64,000 nucleotides of DNA from Camelus dromedarius (taxonomy: Eukaryota): assembly GCF_036321535.1 (NCBI RefSeq), contig NC_087437.1, positions 35,652,001 through 35,716,000 on the forward strand, in the 5' to 3' direction. Below the pieces are notes generated by a model. The model did no database searches. It was given only the letters and a program-made list of their open reading frames with translations, and was not told the DNA's origin. Both the position numbers and the translations under genes were made by a program. Shown one piece after another: positions 26,608 to 39,455 of this stretch. Each line of letters opens with the position of its first letter. The stretch's first letter is position 1.

Positions 26608-26919
26608 TTAAACTAGATTTGTTAGTATTTTGTTGAGGATTTTTCCATTTATATTCATCAGAAATACTGACTTATAGTTTTCTTTTTTCTTTTTCAGTGA
26701 TTTCCTATCTTGCTTTGTTGTCAGGATAATGCTGGCCTCATAAAATGAGTTTGGCAGTGTTCTTTTTAACTTTTGGGGGAGTTTGAGAAGAACAGACATT
26801 GATTCTTCTTTAAATGTTTGGTAGGAATTCACCACTGAATCCATCTGTCCTTGGCTGTTCTTTGTTGGGAGGCTTTCAATTTCTGACTTAAGCTCTTTAC
26901 TCATTATTGATCTGTTCAA
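26608..26919 (-). pseudogene. L1 ORF2p fragment (Z region / start of reverse transcriptase), non-functional
   Basis: Translation resembles L1 ORF2p [58 protein letters not shown]. Confidence 0.9.
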
Positions 26920-27199
26920 ATTTTCTATTTCTTCAAGATTCAGTCTTGGTATGTTGTATGTTTCAGGAATTTATGAGTTTCTTCTAGGTTATCCAACTTT
27001 TTGGTATTTGTTCATAGTACTCGATTACAAACTTTTAAATTCCTGTGGCATCAGTTGTAATGTCTCCTCTTTCACTTCTGACTTCATTCGAGTCTTCTTT
27101 CTGTTTTTCTTAGTTCAGCTAAGGGTTTTTCAGCTTTCTTTTAAATTAAAAATTAACCACTACTTACATAAAATATGATTTATGCTAAAATCAAATAAA

Positions 27200-27960
27200 A
27201 TATGTACTTTGAAAATCCAAATTTTTTACGTGAAAAATACTACCATAAAGTCAAAAGACAAAAAACAAACTAAAGAAAACTGTTATAAATAGTAAGAGAA
27301 TTTAATAAAATGTCTGGATCCAAGATTAATGTAGAGCAATCAGTAGACTTTCTTAGCACAAATATCAAATAGTTAGAGGACATAGTTAGAATACTGAAAG
27401 AGATAAAAAATTAAAAATAAGTTAGTAGAAAATAAGCAAGATCTAAGAAAACTTTTAAAACACTACTGAATATGACTTGAAGAAATGGAAAGACGTATGA
27501 CATTTAAAAGAGAGAAAAATATCATAAAGATTATATAAGGCAACCTTTTTGTCAATTGGTGAATCTAACATTTTAATGGAATCACAATAAAAAATGCCAT
27601 TAGGATTTTTAATTTTACCTAGATGACCGACTCCAAATTTTATGTGAAAAATAAAAATCAAGATTAGCCAGAAAAACTCTAGAGGTTTCATGAAGGAGAA
27701 GAGGAATACCAGGTATTAAAACATATCATAACCTCTAACCAAGAATGCTTTAGAGCTGTGGAGTATGGAGACTAATACATCAAATTGAACAGTACGTGAT
27801 GTTCAGAAATAACCCCAAATATATTTAAATAAGACAAGGTTAGGATAGGAAATTAGCTAAAAACAAACAAACAAACATTGTTTTATAATTAGAGTTTGGA
27901 CAAAGCAATAGCCCTTTGGGGAAAAAATGAAATTTTCTTAAATGAAAAGATTCACAATTA
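27200..27960 (+). mobile_element. Old L1 ORF2 remnant (L1ME-like)
   Basis: atccaagattaat...aatcagtag, agaaatggaaagacgtatga, tccaaattttatgtgaaaa, accaggtattaaaacatatcataa. Confidence 0.7.
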
Positions 27961-28239
27961 GTTGGTATTAATGTTGCCAGGGTTCATGCATAAAGACTTT
28001 CTTTTCACTATCTGCTTAAAAATATGTATATAATATTTCAAATGAATAAAAACAGTTATTTTAATAAGAAAGGCAGTGAACCAACTCATTAGTTACAAGG
28101 CATACAACGTGAAACTTTTATTAATTAATGATGAAAAGAATGAATTATTGTCATTCCTCTTCTTCTGGCACCAATGGAATAGATAAGCTGTGTGAAGTTA
28201 TATCCTGAAATTCTGTACAGCAACAACATAAGTGAACCA

Positions 28240-29200
28240 TGGAAGATGATGTGAGAAACAGTGGAATAGAAAGCTCCTGGTCCTCCTTCCCCCACAGAAA
28301 CACTAACTTGACAACATTATATGGACCAATTCCCTTTGTAAAAATCCTGAAAACAATTAAGAATCTCCTGTACCTCAGGGGAGCACAAAACCAGCCACAT
28401 CAAAGCCTGTAGGAAAATTCATGGCACTCACTAGTAATTCCCTCAGCGTGGCACTATTGAGAGAAAAAAAACCAAAAACCCACATCCTGGCTTCCCCCTG
28501 GAGAGGAAAAGAACAGGCTGAAACATACGTCCAGTGTTCCAACCATTTAAAGGAGGCTGCCTGAGGGACTTGTTTATGTACTGCCTGAATCTAAGTACTG
28601 ATAAGAAAGAGCACCAGCTTCAGGGCTGCTGAGAACAAATGGGATGATTTGCACCAGTGTGTACTTGCTCATGTACCACAGCCCTTCCCCAAATGGAATG
28701 AGCAGGAGAAAACCCTCAACTCCTAGCTTCAGCCTCGGGGAGAGACATAGTTGAAGCATGCACCCAGTGTCCCAGCTTTCCAGGGGACTGCATGATGCCT
28801 GGTTTCTGTCTTGCCAAATCTGAGGAGTGCTGATGGTACCCAGCATATTCTAGAAACCTAGGGTAGCTGAGAACAAAAGAGAGTAAGGGAACTTGCATTA
28901 AGTCCAAAGAACCTGTAGTACCACAAACAGACATCAGAGGGCGTGAGAAAAGTCTGTCATCACATAAAAGAACCATGCAAGGCCATCAACCCATTCTAAG
29001 CAGAAACCTCGCATGCCAGAAGAGAGTTGGATGATATATTCAAAGTGCTGAAAGAAAAAAACAACCCTGCTAACCAAGAATATTGTACCTAGAAGTGTCA
29101 TTCAAAAAGGAGAAAGAAGTAAATAAATAAAAAGTAGATAAATAAAAGCTGATAGGGATTATCACCATTAGACCTGCTTTACAAGAAAGGCTAAAAGGAG
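28240..29200 (+). mobile_element. L1 5' UTR fragment joined to an ORF1 C-terminal fragment
   Basis: 5' UTR-like ggaagatg...ctccttcccccacagaaacac; ORF1-like gcagaaacctcgcatgccagaagagagttggatgatatattcaaagtgctgaaagaaaaa and agacctgctttacaagaaaggctaaaaggag. Confidence 0.7.
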
Positions 29201-29204
29201 GATT

Positions 29205-29420
29205 TATGTGGCACGTATTGTGTGCTGGGCATCTCACATCTTGACGCGTGGTATCTCAGGAAACCCTCACAAAAACTATTTTAAGTAGGTATTCAACCCT
29301 CATTTTACAATTGAAGAAACTGAGCACCAGAGAGATTAAATAACTTGATCAAGTTTGTATAATCAGTAAGAGGCAGAATTTGAGTTCACACCAGGCACTC
29401 TCACTGTGGAGTCTGTACAC
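29205..29420 (-). mobile_element. MIR SINE
   Basis: cattttacaattgaagaaactgagcaccagagagattaaataacttgatcaag. Confidence 0.85.
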
Positions 29421-31327
29421 TATATCACAATGATGTATTGCCACTCAAACTTGTTCCTCCTATGCAGAGAAAAAAGTTATACTTTATATATTACTTTGAT
29501 ATAAAGTTGACAGAATTTTTTTAAATAAAAAATTTTATTGTGAAGCCTGGATATTTTTAGGAATTAGTTGTATCATTGATCATATGATGCATTGCATTTG
29601 TTCATGATGGGACAGATAAAAATCCCTCTTTGAAACCCTACCATGGGTTCAGAAGCCCTGAGGAGGATGAGGTGACAGGGCCTAATTCCAAAAGGGAATA
29701 AGCTGTGCATCATTCATGTCCCTCTCCACATTAATTAGCTATAATTGAAAACATCACTTATTGTTATTAGAACAGAGAGTTCACCTTAAAAAGCAAAAGA
29801 ACTGTTTTGAATTGCTGGATATCCATGTTTTCACATCAATAGCACTGTCTAGCACCAGGGATCACTTAATAAGAAAAATATGAATCATTTCCCAAAGGCA
29901 CCTCACAAGAAGCGTTGCTAATGTGAAGTTCCCAGTAAGGCGGTGGAGATCTAGACTCTGCCAGTGAAAGCCTTTTCCTGATTGCTACTGCTATCGCGCC
30001 TTGTAATACATATTTTGTGGTGACCTTTTAAAGACAAAAATAGTTCTTTGTTATCCTTTCCCCCTTTCTCCTTTATTCTTTTGTCACACTTTCATGTTCA
30101 ACTGCTTCTGTGCATCCTTTAAGTCTCTAAAGAAATCACCTCTGCACGATTGCCTACAGCAAATGCTGCTTGAGGGGGCTGAGGTAGATGTAAGAGAAAG
30201 GTCTGTTTTCCCCAAAAACTGCGAATGTGTACAGCGTATGCAGCTACAAAATTGGCTGCAGTCAGCATCAGGAGAATTGAAAAGAATGTGAGAAGACTTT
30301 GGTCTAAAAATAAAAACTATTTTTAAAATCCTTGAGCATTTTGAGAACAAAATGAGCAAAACTGGTATCATAAATTCCTGCCTTCATGTGTATATGCTTT
30401 TCATTATTGTGTCATATTCATTGTAAGATTTTTGTGCTTCATGGTAAAACTGTTTTATCATCCTCTCTTCTCACCATCTTCTGTTTTTATGTTTCCTTTT
30501 TATTCCTTATACCTTTACATTTCATTTTGTTAAATCCTAGGAACGTAGAAATTGACTTGAAAGTCTGCCACTGTAGATTGAGGGAATAGAAACATTTTTT
30601 TTGCCTTTTGACAAGAAAATTTTTTTCAAAGAGAAATTGCAGTTTCATATGATAATGCCTTTCAATGGAAACAGTAATAAAATAAAATTAATATATAATC
30701 CTAATAGTTTTTATTGCAGGTTATAGAGATTTAGGAAGAGAAACTGAACATCTTAAAACATTTTTATTTTAGCAAATATATCTGAACAATGTGGTCCAAA
30801 TTAAAAACAATATGAGATGGGAAAATTGTCTTATGTACAGATACAATTATGACAAATGTTTTGGGGCCACTGATGAGAAATAAAAATAATTCAACATATT
30901 TTATTGTATCTGGACTCTATCTAGTAGGGCCTTGAAAAATGTTTCTTCAACCTGCATATTTAGAGGATAAATCTGAGTCACTGCAAATGAAAAAAAAAAT
31001 GAGAACTTAATTATAAAATACACTTAAAATTAGTGGCAGAATTTTCATAGGAAAACAAAAGGATTAGGAAGATACTCACTAGTATTTTAGTAATGTTTAT
31101 TTCTTAGTAATAGAATTCATGATTCATGGTGACTATAATTTCCATCCTTTCTCCTTTTAATCATTTTTTTTCTACAGAGAAATTCTATTGGTTTTGCACT
31201 AGAAATACACACACACACACACACATACACAAACACTATCCCCTGACACACACTCTATAACCACAAAAGTAGCGAAGCCTGCACCATAGACTACCATTGC
31301 TGAACTTGAATCTCCAAAGGAGTAATT

Positions 31328-31945
31328 ATTTCATTCAGTAAATACTTACTGAGCACCTATTATGTGCTAGGCACTGTTCTGTGTGCTGGATATAACAGCA
31401 GTGACCAAAACAGACACAATCCCTAATGTCACTGACTCATCATTTAAGTGTTGGCTGGCAGAAAATCAATAATACATTAGGTGACAATAAGTGAAAAAAA
31501 TAGAGCCAGATGAGAGAAGAAAAGCCAGAAAAAGGAGATGGAGTGGAGAATAGGTAGAGCAGGACACTTTCTAGGTATGGTGGCCAGGAAGGCTTTCTGG
31601 CGGGTACCTAAATGAATGAAGGAAGAGAACTGTGTAGCACTTCATGGGTGAGCATATGTGTGCATGTGTATGTGGGATAAGAGCGTGGCTAGATTTGGTA
31701 GAGCGAAAAGGAATGGGAAGAAGATGACTCAGAGAAGTAGCCAGGGTCCAGATTCAACAGTGATAAGGACATTTTTAGGTTTCAAGGGGTAAGTGAAAAG
31801 AATGCTTTGTGGGAAATAGGCAGTCAGTCTTGGTGCAAAAGTAGGTGCCAATCATAAGGTTAGGAGGCTGCTGCAAACACAAGAGATTGTAGGTGGCAGT
31901 GGTGGAAGTGGTGAGAAGTGGTGAGAATTTGGATGGATGATTCTA
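31328..31945 (-). mobile_element. L2 LINE 3' region
   Basis: ttcattcagtaaatacttactgagcacctattatgtgctaggcactgttct...tggccaggaaggcttt...ggtgagaagtggt. Confidence 0.85.
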
Positions 31946-33275
31946 GTGAAGACTATTCCTAGTTTGAGGACCTACAAGTACTTCCTTAGTTTAAAACATT
32001 AAAGTTTTAGATTGCTGTTCTGATTTTCCAAGTCTTATTGGTCTCTCTGGGATATCATTTAAAAAGTACAACTTGTCTGACAGGTCGAGTAGAAGAATTT
32101 GGTCTGGTTGATGTAATCACTCTTATTTGGGGGTATGTTATGAAGATACAGAAAGATACTTATACACACATTAATTATTAGGGTTATAGTGACAACATTA
32201 CTATGGAAATATTAAAAAGGGTATATATGCATGTATATTTGTATGCATAGTTTAAAAATCTCCATATTGCACTGTTATCATTTTAACCATAATTACCTGT
32301 ATTTCATTTTTGTTGTGTTTTTTCAGAAGAATATGAAAGAACAACTCATTTATATAATTTATGTTCATATAATATGTTCATATATATATATATAATTTAT
32401 GTTCATATGTATATATTTCTTTCTTTAAATAGTTCTTTTTGCTATGTGAAGACCCAGGATCATTGTCAATAAAGTAGAAGTTATCCCTAAGGAGAGACTA
32501 AGCCAAATGCAGAGATGAATTACTTCCTCGTCTAGAATTTAGCTTTTGGGGCATGATGCTATTAGAAAGGTTTATATTTCATTGAAAACAAATGATTGAT
32601 TGATGAATGGTGATTACCTCTTGTTACAGACAAATACTCACTTGTATTATTGAATCATTTAAATGTGGTGGGGTCTTAGAACAAGGTTATCATGGTCAAA
32701 GGATAAGTTTGTAGTTGGTGTTTTAGAGGATGGTATCTAATTACTGTCTCCATTGGCCTTAAATGAACAATACTTTCAGAAAATACAGGTTCATCATAAA
32801 GTAGGCTAAATGAATTTTGAAGGTAGGGCAATAACATCCTGCCCAAATAAGGTATAAAACATTTATCATTTTCCTTCTCACCAATATTTTTAAGATTATT
32901 GCTATTTTGAGTGCACATTATTCTGATGAATGACATCACTTTTCTTTACTTCCATTTCAGAAGAAAGTACTTGAGTGACTATTTACAAGTAGAAATTAAG
33001 GTGACTCACATACTTGTTTGCATTTTCCTCAAGAGAAAAATTGCCAAGACTTTGGGTGGCTTTTTTTAGTGTTGACATTTTGCCTCCCATGATGATTACC
33101 ATAGGAAATGGTGTATGTAATCTACATTCAAATTGTTTGTATGTGTGGTTCAGAATTTGAAACTGATAAGCTGGTATGCAAATCAAAATGAATGATTTGA
33201 CATCTGAAAGTTTCTTTGCATAAAAGCAAAAAGGAGTAACAATTCTGTAAATTAGTTCTGTTTTTTCATTCTGAA

Positions 33276-34294
33276 AATGGCATGGCTACCCATTTCAGAA
33301 TTTATTGTTATTATCTTGTATATATACTTATTAAATTGTGCAAATTGAAGGAAGTTTAAAAAATGACTTAATGACACCCCCAGTTAGATAGTTTCAGTAG
33401 AATCTAGTTTTGTTGCAATGTGGTAGACCTTTGGCTAGAAAGAACAGAGGGGAAGGCAAGATATTTATCAGAAAATAATCATCAAGGTGAATTAGAAGAC
33501 ATTCTTTCTCAACAGGATGTTTTCACTGTCACTACTTTCTGCTGCCTTTTCTTGAGAGCAGTCTGTGATTAATGACTACACTTTGCTCTGTTGTTTCATT
33601 TCAATTCACTTCAGGTGGCACAGAAAGCTCCTATGATTCAGCCTGACTGGCTCATTGAGCATTTTTTCCAATCAGACTGCATTGAACACATATTCAGTCA
33701 AATATCAATTAATACAAAATTCTGTTAAAAACTGTGCTTGGCAGTTTATTGACAGATGGCACCAGTAATTCTCTGATTTGTTCCTTGTTTTGTGGACATT
33801 TTCTACATTGATTTCCAACATTTGAGAATTTTAGTAGTTATTGAATGTTATTTGATATCAAGGGGAAAATAGCTTTACTTTGCCATCCTAATCGGTGGAA
33901 TTTTCCTGGATTGTCTTCAACTTGGGTGTGAGAATTACTGTTGCAATGGCAGCATCTGTAATGATTTTGTACTTTTGTTTTTCTGTATGTATCCAGTGCC
34001 TGCAGCGTGCTAGGTACTGGGCTGGTGAGAACATGGGCAATAGCATGGCACCCATTTCAGAATGTATTGTTATTGTCTTGTATGCATATCTACTAACCTG
34101 TATAAATTAGAGGGAATTAAAAAAATTATTAACTGACACCCACAATTAGATAGTTTCAGTAGAACAGAGTTTTGTTACAATGAAGTGGACTTTGGCTAGA
34201 AAGAACAGAGGAGAAGGCGAGATACTTATCAGAAAATAATCATCATGGTGAATTAGAAATCATTCTTTCTCAATAGGATGTTACTGTGACTACT
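33276..34294 (+). repeat. Direct ~260-bp duplication (33276-33536 and 34039-34294) separated by ~500 bp
   Basis: Shared catgg.accatttcagaa-like start, ttagatagtttcagtagaa, tttggctagaaagaacagagg.gaaggc, ttatcagaaaataatcatca.ggtgaattagaa, cattctttctcaa.aggatgtt. Confidence 0.95.
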
Positions 34295-37200
34295 CACTTT
34301 CAAATTCTTTGTTATATTCGATAGACTGAATACTTTTCAAACCTAAACTTCCGTAAGTGTGTTTCTCCACTCTTCCTAAAGAGTTATTTTTCCCTTGGTT
34401 CTCTGGAGTAACTTGGAAACTTCTAATAATGGGTGACCTCTGATCAGTATTATTCACTTAGCTTAACTAAAGGGAAAACAGAAAACATATAACGTGGCTT
34501 TTCAAGTGTATGAGAATAAACCACACAATGTGGGAGCCTTTTCATAGCCAAAGGGCACACCAGACCACACTCCAACCATTGCTTCTGGAGAGAGGCTAAT
34601 ATTTTTTATCAGTAACAAAAGGATTTATTTGTGCTTTCAATACATTTTCATTAGTACTCTTTCATGGATGCACAGATGTTTTTCTTTCTCAGCATTCTTA
34701 AGACAGTGATGACAGAAAATAGTCATTCAAGAATGTCATAAAAGAGAGGAGAGTATTAACCAGACGATATAAAGACAAATCATATATCAGCTATCATTGA
34801 AGAAAATATAGTACAAATAGACATATAAACAGAAAACACATTTTTTAGAAAAAGGATTGCCAGGTGAGTTTGTTCATTCATTCATTAATAGCTTTTCCAG
34901 CCACTCTGATGTTAGAATCCTGATAGTTCTTAATACTGTAAATCCATGTACTATATGTATAATTAATACCCAGAACCTCAGAATGAGACACTTTTGCAAA
35001 TAATAGAAAATGATAAAATAACAAGAACAATAATCAGAAACGTATGAAAAAGCAATCTTTTAGCATTTCTAAGTGCAATCAGTTGACATCTGGGTCAGAT
35101 TTTACTAGACTGTGTGCATGAATTAAAGGTTCTATCTGCATATTCCTCATTTTACATTCCACAGTAGCAAAAATCCACCAGAGAACATGAAATAATTCCT
35201 GGTCTTGATACTCCAGGACCTGGCACTGTGTCTGATAGAAAGTAAGTTCTTGATACATAGTTGTTGGAAGGAATGCCTGGATGAAAACATGGCTACATTA
35301 AATTAGGATTCTCTTAAGATGACCCAACTCATGGATGCCAGCCCTAAGTATAAATTCATCAGTTATAATGTATCACGTACAAACACTGCTTCTTTTTCAG
35401 GAAGGTTTCTTTTAATCAGTTCATTTCTATTTAACATTGTATTGGCATCAGTTGTCCAAAGATAGGTTTCCTGTTCTCCATAGGTTATACTGATGAATTG
35501 AGCATGGATCAGCATGAAGAAAACGCAATCTAGGTCTCAATAGATATCATTACTTGAGTCAATTCCAAGAATATTTGCACTGGCCATATATAAATGTAAT
35601 TTTAAAAATGCAAACATCAAATTTAAGTTACTTTGAATTATCTGCCATTTTGGTTTGTCTGCATCTCCATTTATGTGGATAGTTTAGAATTGGTATTTTA
35701 TCTTCATGACTATGGTTTGAGTAAATGATATCATTGCTACTGAATTGGATGCTAGATTTTTTTCTTTTTGTCCACTGTGATGAACAAATTTTAATTCTCT
35801 CACTGATTCACAAATCATTATGTAACTGCAGCATTTCTACACTGTTAGAAAACAATCTCAAAAATCATCTATGAAGAACAACACACAAAAGAAATTATGA
35901 ATTCCTAGGGTTTTAATCCAGGGTTTACTTATTAAACTGTGTAAATTCCTTCAGCTGGGGTTGTATACATTTTAAACAGCTTCCTATTATCTTATTTTTG
36001 GAAATGAACGTTTCTGTTAAGTCTGTGAGGTTATGAATTTACCTTGTACATATGTCAGTTAATGATGAACTAAAAGTTTTGGTTAGATGCATCATGTAAT
36101 TGATGGCTTAGACATAGATGATAAGTCATTCTTTTCCAAAGCAACATGCACCTGTCTATTACAATTCACATTCTTAGAACTCTTTCAGTTTTTTCTATCA
36201 TTGTAAAATGCGGGATAATGAAATAATGAGTTGTGCATTGATGTTGGTGAAAATAAATAGATAGTGCTTTTGTTTTTTAGATGCTCTGTCCTTCCCCTTC
36301 TTGCTCTCAAATAAAAAAAAAGAGAAAGACCATGGAGGGACTGGGTAAATGTAGAGATGGGAGTTCTAACTCAAGTTCTCACGGTAATTTCTTGTGCGGC
36401 CCTGAAGAAGCCATGGACCCTCCATAGAGCTTATTTCTAAAATGAGGATATTTGACTAGATTTTTAATGAGGTTTTGCTCAATAATAAGAAAAAAGTTTT
36501 CTTTCAAGAAAAGGTGAAATGTCTCCAATCTTTTACAGTGCTGGGACCCCATGTTATTTCTTACTTCTTTCTGCTCCTCCTCTACTTCCTCAGCCTTATC
36601 TCATGTTGTGTGATACTCTTTGCACAGAGAGGTAGTCGGGAGCCCATGCACTTTAATTTCCCTCCTCTCTGTCCTAATCTTCCCAGAGAGGATACCCGCT
36701 GTGGATTCGTCTTAAGTATACTTGCTTGTCTGTCTGCTCAGAGCATTAAAACCTTACTGGGGAAAAAAAATCATCTGGTTCTCTAATATATCCAGAGAAC
36801 CCAGCATTTTGTCCAGGAAATAGGTGCTTTAAAATATTTGTTAAATGATGACAATTTACCTGTGTTTCCTGCATCTTCAATCTTCCCTGTAGGATGCTTT
36901 GCTTTGCCAGGAGGGACCATCTCTGCTCAGCTGTAATGTTACCCTAGCTTATTAAAGGGGAAGAGCACCCTTATTATTAAAAGCATTGTTTGGAACTAAG
37001 AGCAGCAGCAGCAACAGCAGCAATATCTTGAATATTTGCATGATGCTTGAAAAACGAAGGAGAAAATTCTAGGGAGATGGGGGTTCCAGGTAGCTCTTTG
37101 GTGAGACATTGTTTTCTCTTTCAGTATACACTAAATGGATGGATACACTGAATGTTCCTCTGTAAGGGCAGGGTTTTTTGTTTTTGTTTGTTTATTTGTT

Positions 37201-38529
37201 TTTCTCCAATATACCTGTAGCAGCTACAAAATATTCTGGAACTATAAAATAGAATTTCGCATAGTCTCTGGCTGTTGACTTACTTTTATTAGTGGTATGG
37301 GATTATTGAGTTACTTTTAATATATAATTGAGAAAAGGTTTTTCTCATGTAAAGAAAAAACACTGGGAGATGAAAAAATTCAGGAATCCCTCACCTTTTA
37401 CTTTACATATTGGAAATAGAAGCTCAGATAATTTGGGTCTTACCCAGAGTCACATAGCTTATCACCCAGACATGCTCTCTTGACTCCATTTTCATCCTGT
37501 TAATTCCCAGCCTTGACCTCTAATACATTTTTGTGTGGTTCAGTGATGGTACGAAGACCTTTCCCTGTGTGGGAATATCATTTCTGTTGTTGTCACAATG
37601 AAAGTCATAGGGAATGATTTTATTTATAAAATTCGATTTACACACTACTCATGTAGGCTGACTGCCATTTTGTAAAGTAAAATATGTTGGCATTTTTTTT
37701 TTTAATACTTTGAAATGTGTCATACTATTTGGCTCCTCTTTTTGGAATTGTCACATAGTTGATGGAGACTATTCAGGAAGAGAGCTGCTCTTCATTTGGT
37801 AAGTGGCCCTTGTAGCCCCAATGACACACGGTAAGCATCCTCTGACCCCCTTAACCAAATGTCTAGACCCAATAAACCTGGTGAAACTCATGGTGAGACA
37901 TTCTGCAGTGAGATCTTTGGCTCTTGTGCTGACACAGAGGCTCAGATGGGCAGCAGGCTGAAGAGACCTCTTGCCAATCAGAGTCACATCCCTTCTTGTA
38001 CTTGTCAGTCTATGAAATTATTGATGCCTGGGTATTTCCAGTCCCCTGAGATTCCAGCCTGCCTCCCTAACTTTCAGTTTACCCCTCTTAGAATTTTGCT
38101 TAATTAAATAATTGACAATAATTATGACAAAAGGGATAAATGTATCATCTTATTTCATGTATCATTTTCATTTCCCAATGATAATGAGGTTTGCAGTTTC
38201 AAGGCAGGAATGTCAATAATGGACATACTTTTGAAGTAAATAAACATTAAAATATTTTATCGTATGGACTATTTTAAAAATACTTTAAAATTTATTTTAA
38301 CTTGGACTGAAATAAGAATACTAACACAGGTGTCTGCATGTACGTGAAGACTTTTCCTGCAAGTTAATGAGATAATTTACCACTACCATCCCACCCTTGG
38401 AAAAACAGAAGCATAGATCATACCACTATTCAAGGTTCAGATAATAAGACATAAAGTAATTAAAATGAATCTGAGATCACACTGCATTTCATGACCTAGA
38501 AATGCTTGGATTATTTGAAATTTTATACT

Positions 38530-38757
38530 TGTGATCATTCTTCTATGTGCCAAGAATTGTTTTAAATTCTTACAAATATTCATTTATTTTTCATAACAAC
38601 CCAGTAGGTTAAATATTATTATTGTCACCATCTCACGAATGAGGGAGCTGAGACTTAGAGAAGCAGAGTAACTGGCACAAAATTGCCAAGCTAGTGACGA
38701 AAGAACTACATTGAAACCCAAATCCTGAGCTTGAGGTCATGCTCTGAGCCACTCACC
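38530..38757 (-). mobile_element. MIR SINE
   Basis: tcataacaaccc...attattattgtcaccatctcacgaatgagggagctgagacttagagaag...aacccaaatc. Confidence 0.8.
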
Positions 38758-39324
38758 AGGGCTGCCTTATTTGCCTAAGGAGACAAAGCAGCCAAACCAA
38801 TAATGATAAGAATCCTCTGCTGTGTTTAGAAGGGATTAAACCACTGAGCTTTAAGTTCTTCCCCCGTGTCTTCCCTCCCACATGTTACATCCTCAGGGGT
38901 GTAAGATTTGTGAAAAACACATCCTGCTGTGTTGGCTAGAAAGCAATGCAAACAGACTGCAATCGGGATTGCTGTGTTTGGCATTATAACCATTGGTTAA
39001 GGTGTCTTCTTGAGATCCAGCTTGGTTTCTCTGGCTCTTTGAATCAAGTAGACAGATCAAAGTACAGCTAAAACACATGGAAAAAGTGCATTCTGCTGCT
39101 TCTCCTGTTATGAGTACCTTGTATCAAGAGATTGTGTGCTAACTTCAGATGAACCGCATATGAAGTAGAATTGGAACAAGTCACTAAATCCCGCCCACTA
39201 GCTGTTCTACATTTGTGTTTGTCTTATAGGACACATTCTGTTAATGTGAATTTACATTAAAGGCAACTGGACAGTTTAAATAATTATCATCTGATTGAAA
39301 TTGAGGAGGATAGTTTTGATCAAA

Positions 39325-39455
39325 GTTTATCAAATTTGGGGAAACTCAGGAGTCACTTGGAGAACTTGTTAATACAGATTCCTGTGTCCCAGTAGTTCTT
39401 GATTTATTCAGTCTGGGCTGAAGCCCCAAAATTTGTAGGTTCAATAACCCATATG
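39325..39455. mobile_element. MER5-type fragment
   Basis: gagtcacttggagaacttgttaatacagattcctgtgtcc...attcagtctgggctgaagcccc. Confidence 0.6.

Larger units (their letters stand above)
23755..27130 (-). mobile_element. L1 (L1MA-like), 5'-truncated: RT region through ORF2 C-terminus and 3' UTR, with two nested insertions
   Basis: Minus-strand L1 hallmarks (ggctgaataatattccattgtatgtatataccacattt, ttttcccagtaccatttgttgaagagact, aaccatccttgcatcccagg); ORF 26608-26919 encodes [12 protein letters not shown]...ENYKSVFLMNINGKILNKIL. Confidence 0.95.

Noticed and set aside
32266..32280. TATTGCAC (miR-25/32/92 family 5' end), also near 44540
   Set aside because: Only the 8-mer matches; the following sequence does not match the mature miRNAs and I see no precursor hairpin.
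33608..33625. CTCF-like motif (caggtggcac)
   Set aside because: It mismatches the 5' half of the core consensus and is too weak to call.
33276..34294. Paired LTRs or CRISPR-like repeats
   Set aside because: There are only two copies, with no TG...CA ends, TSD, primer-binding site or regular spacers, and the context is eukaryotic.
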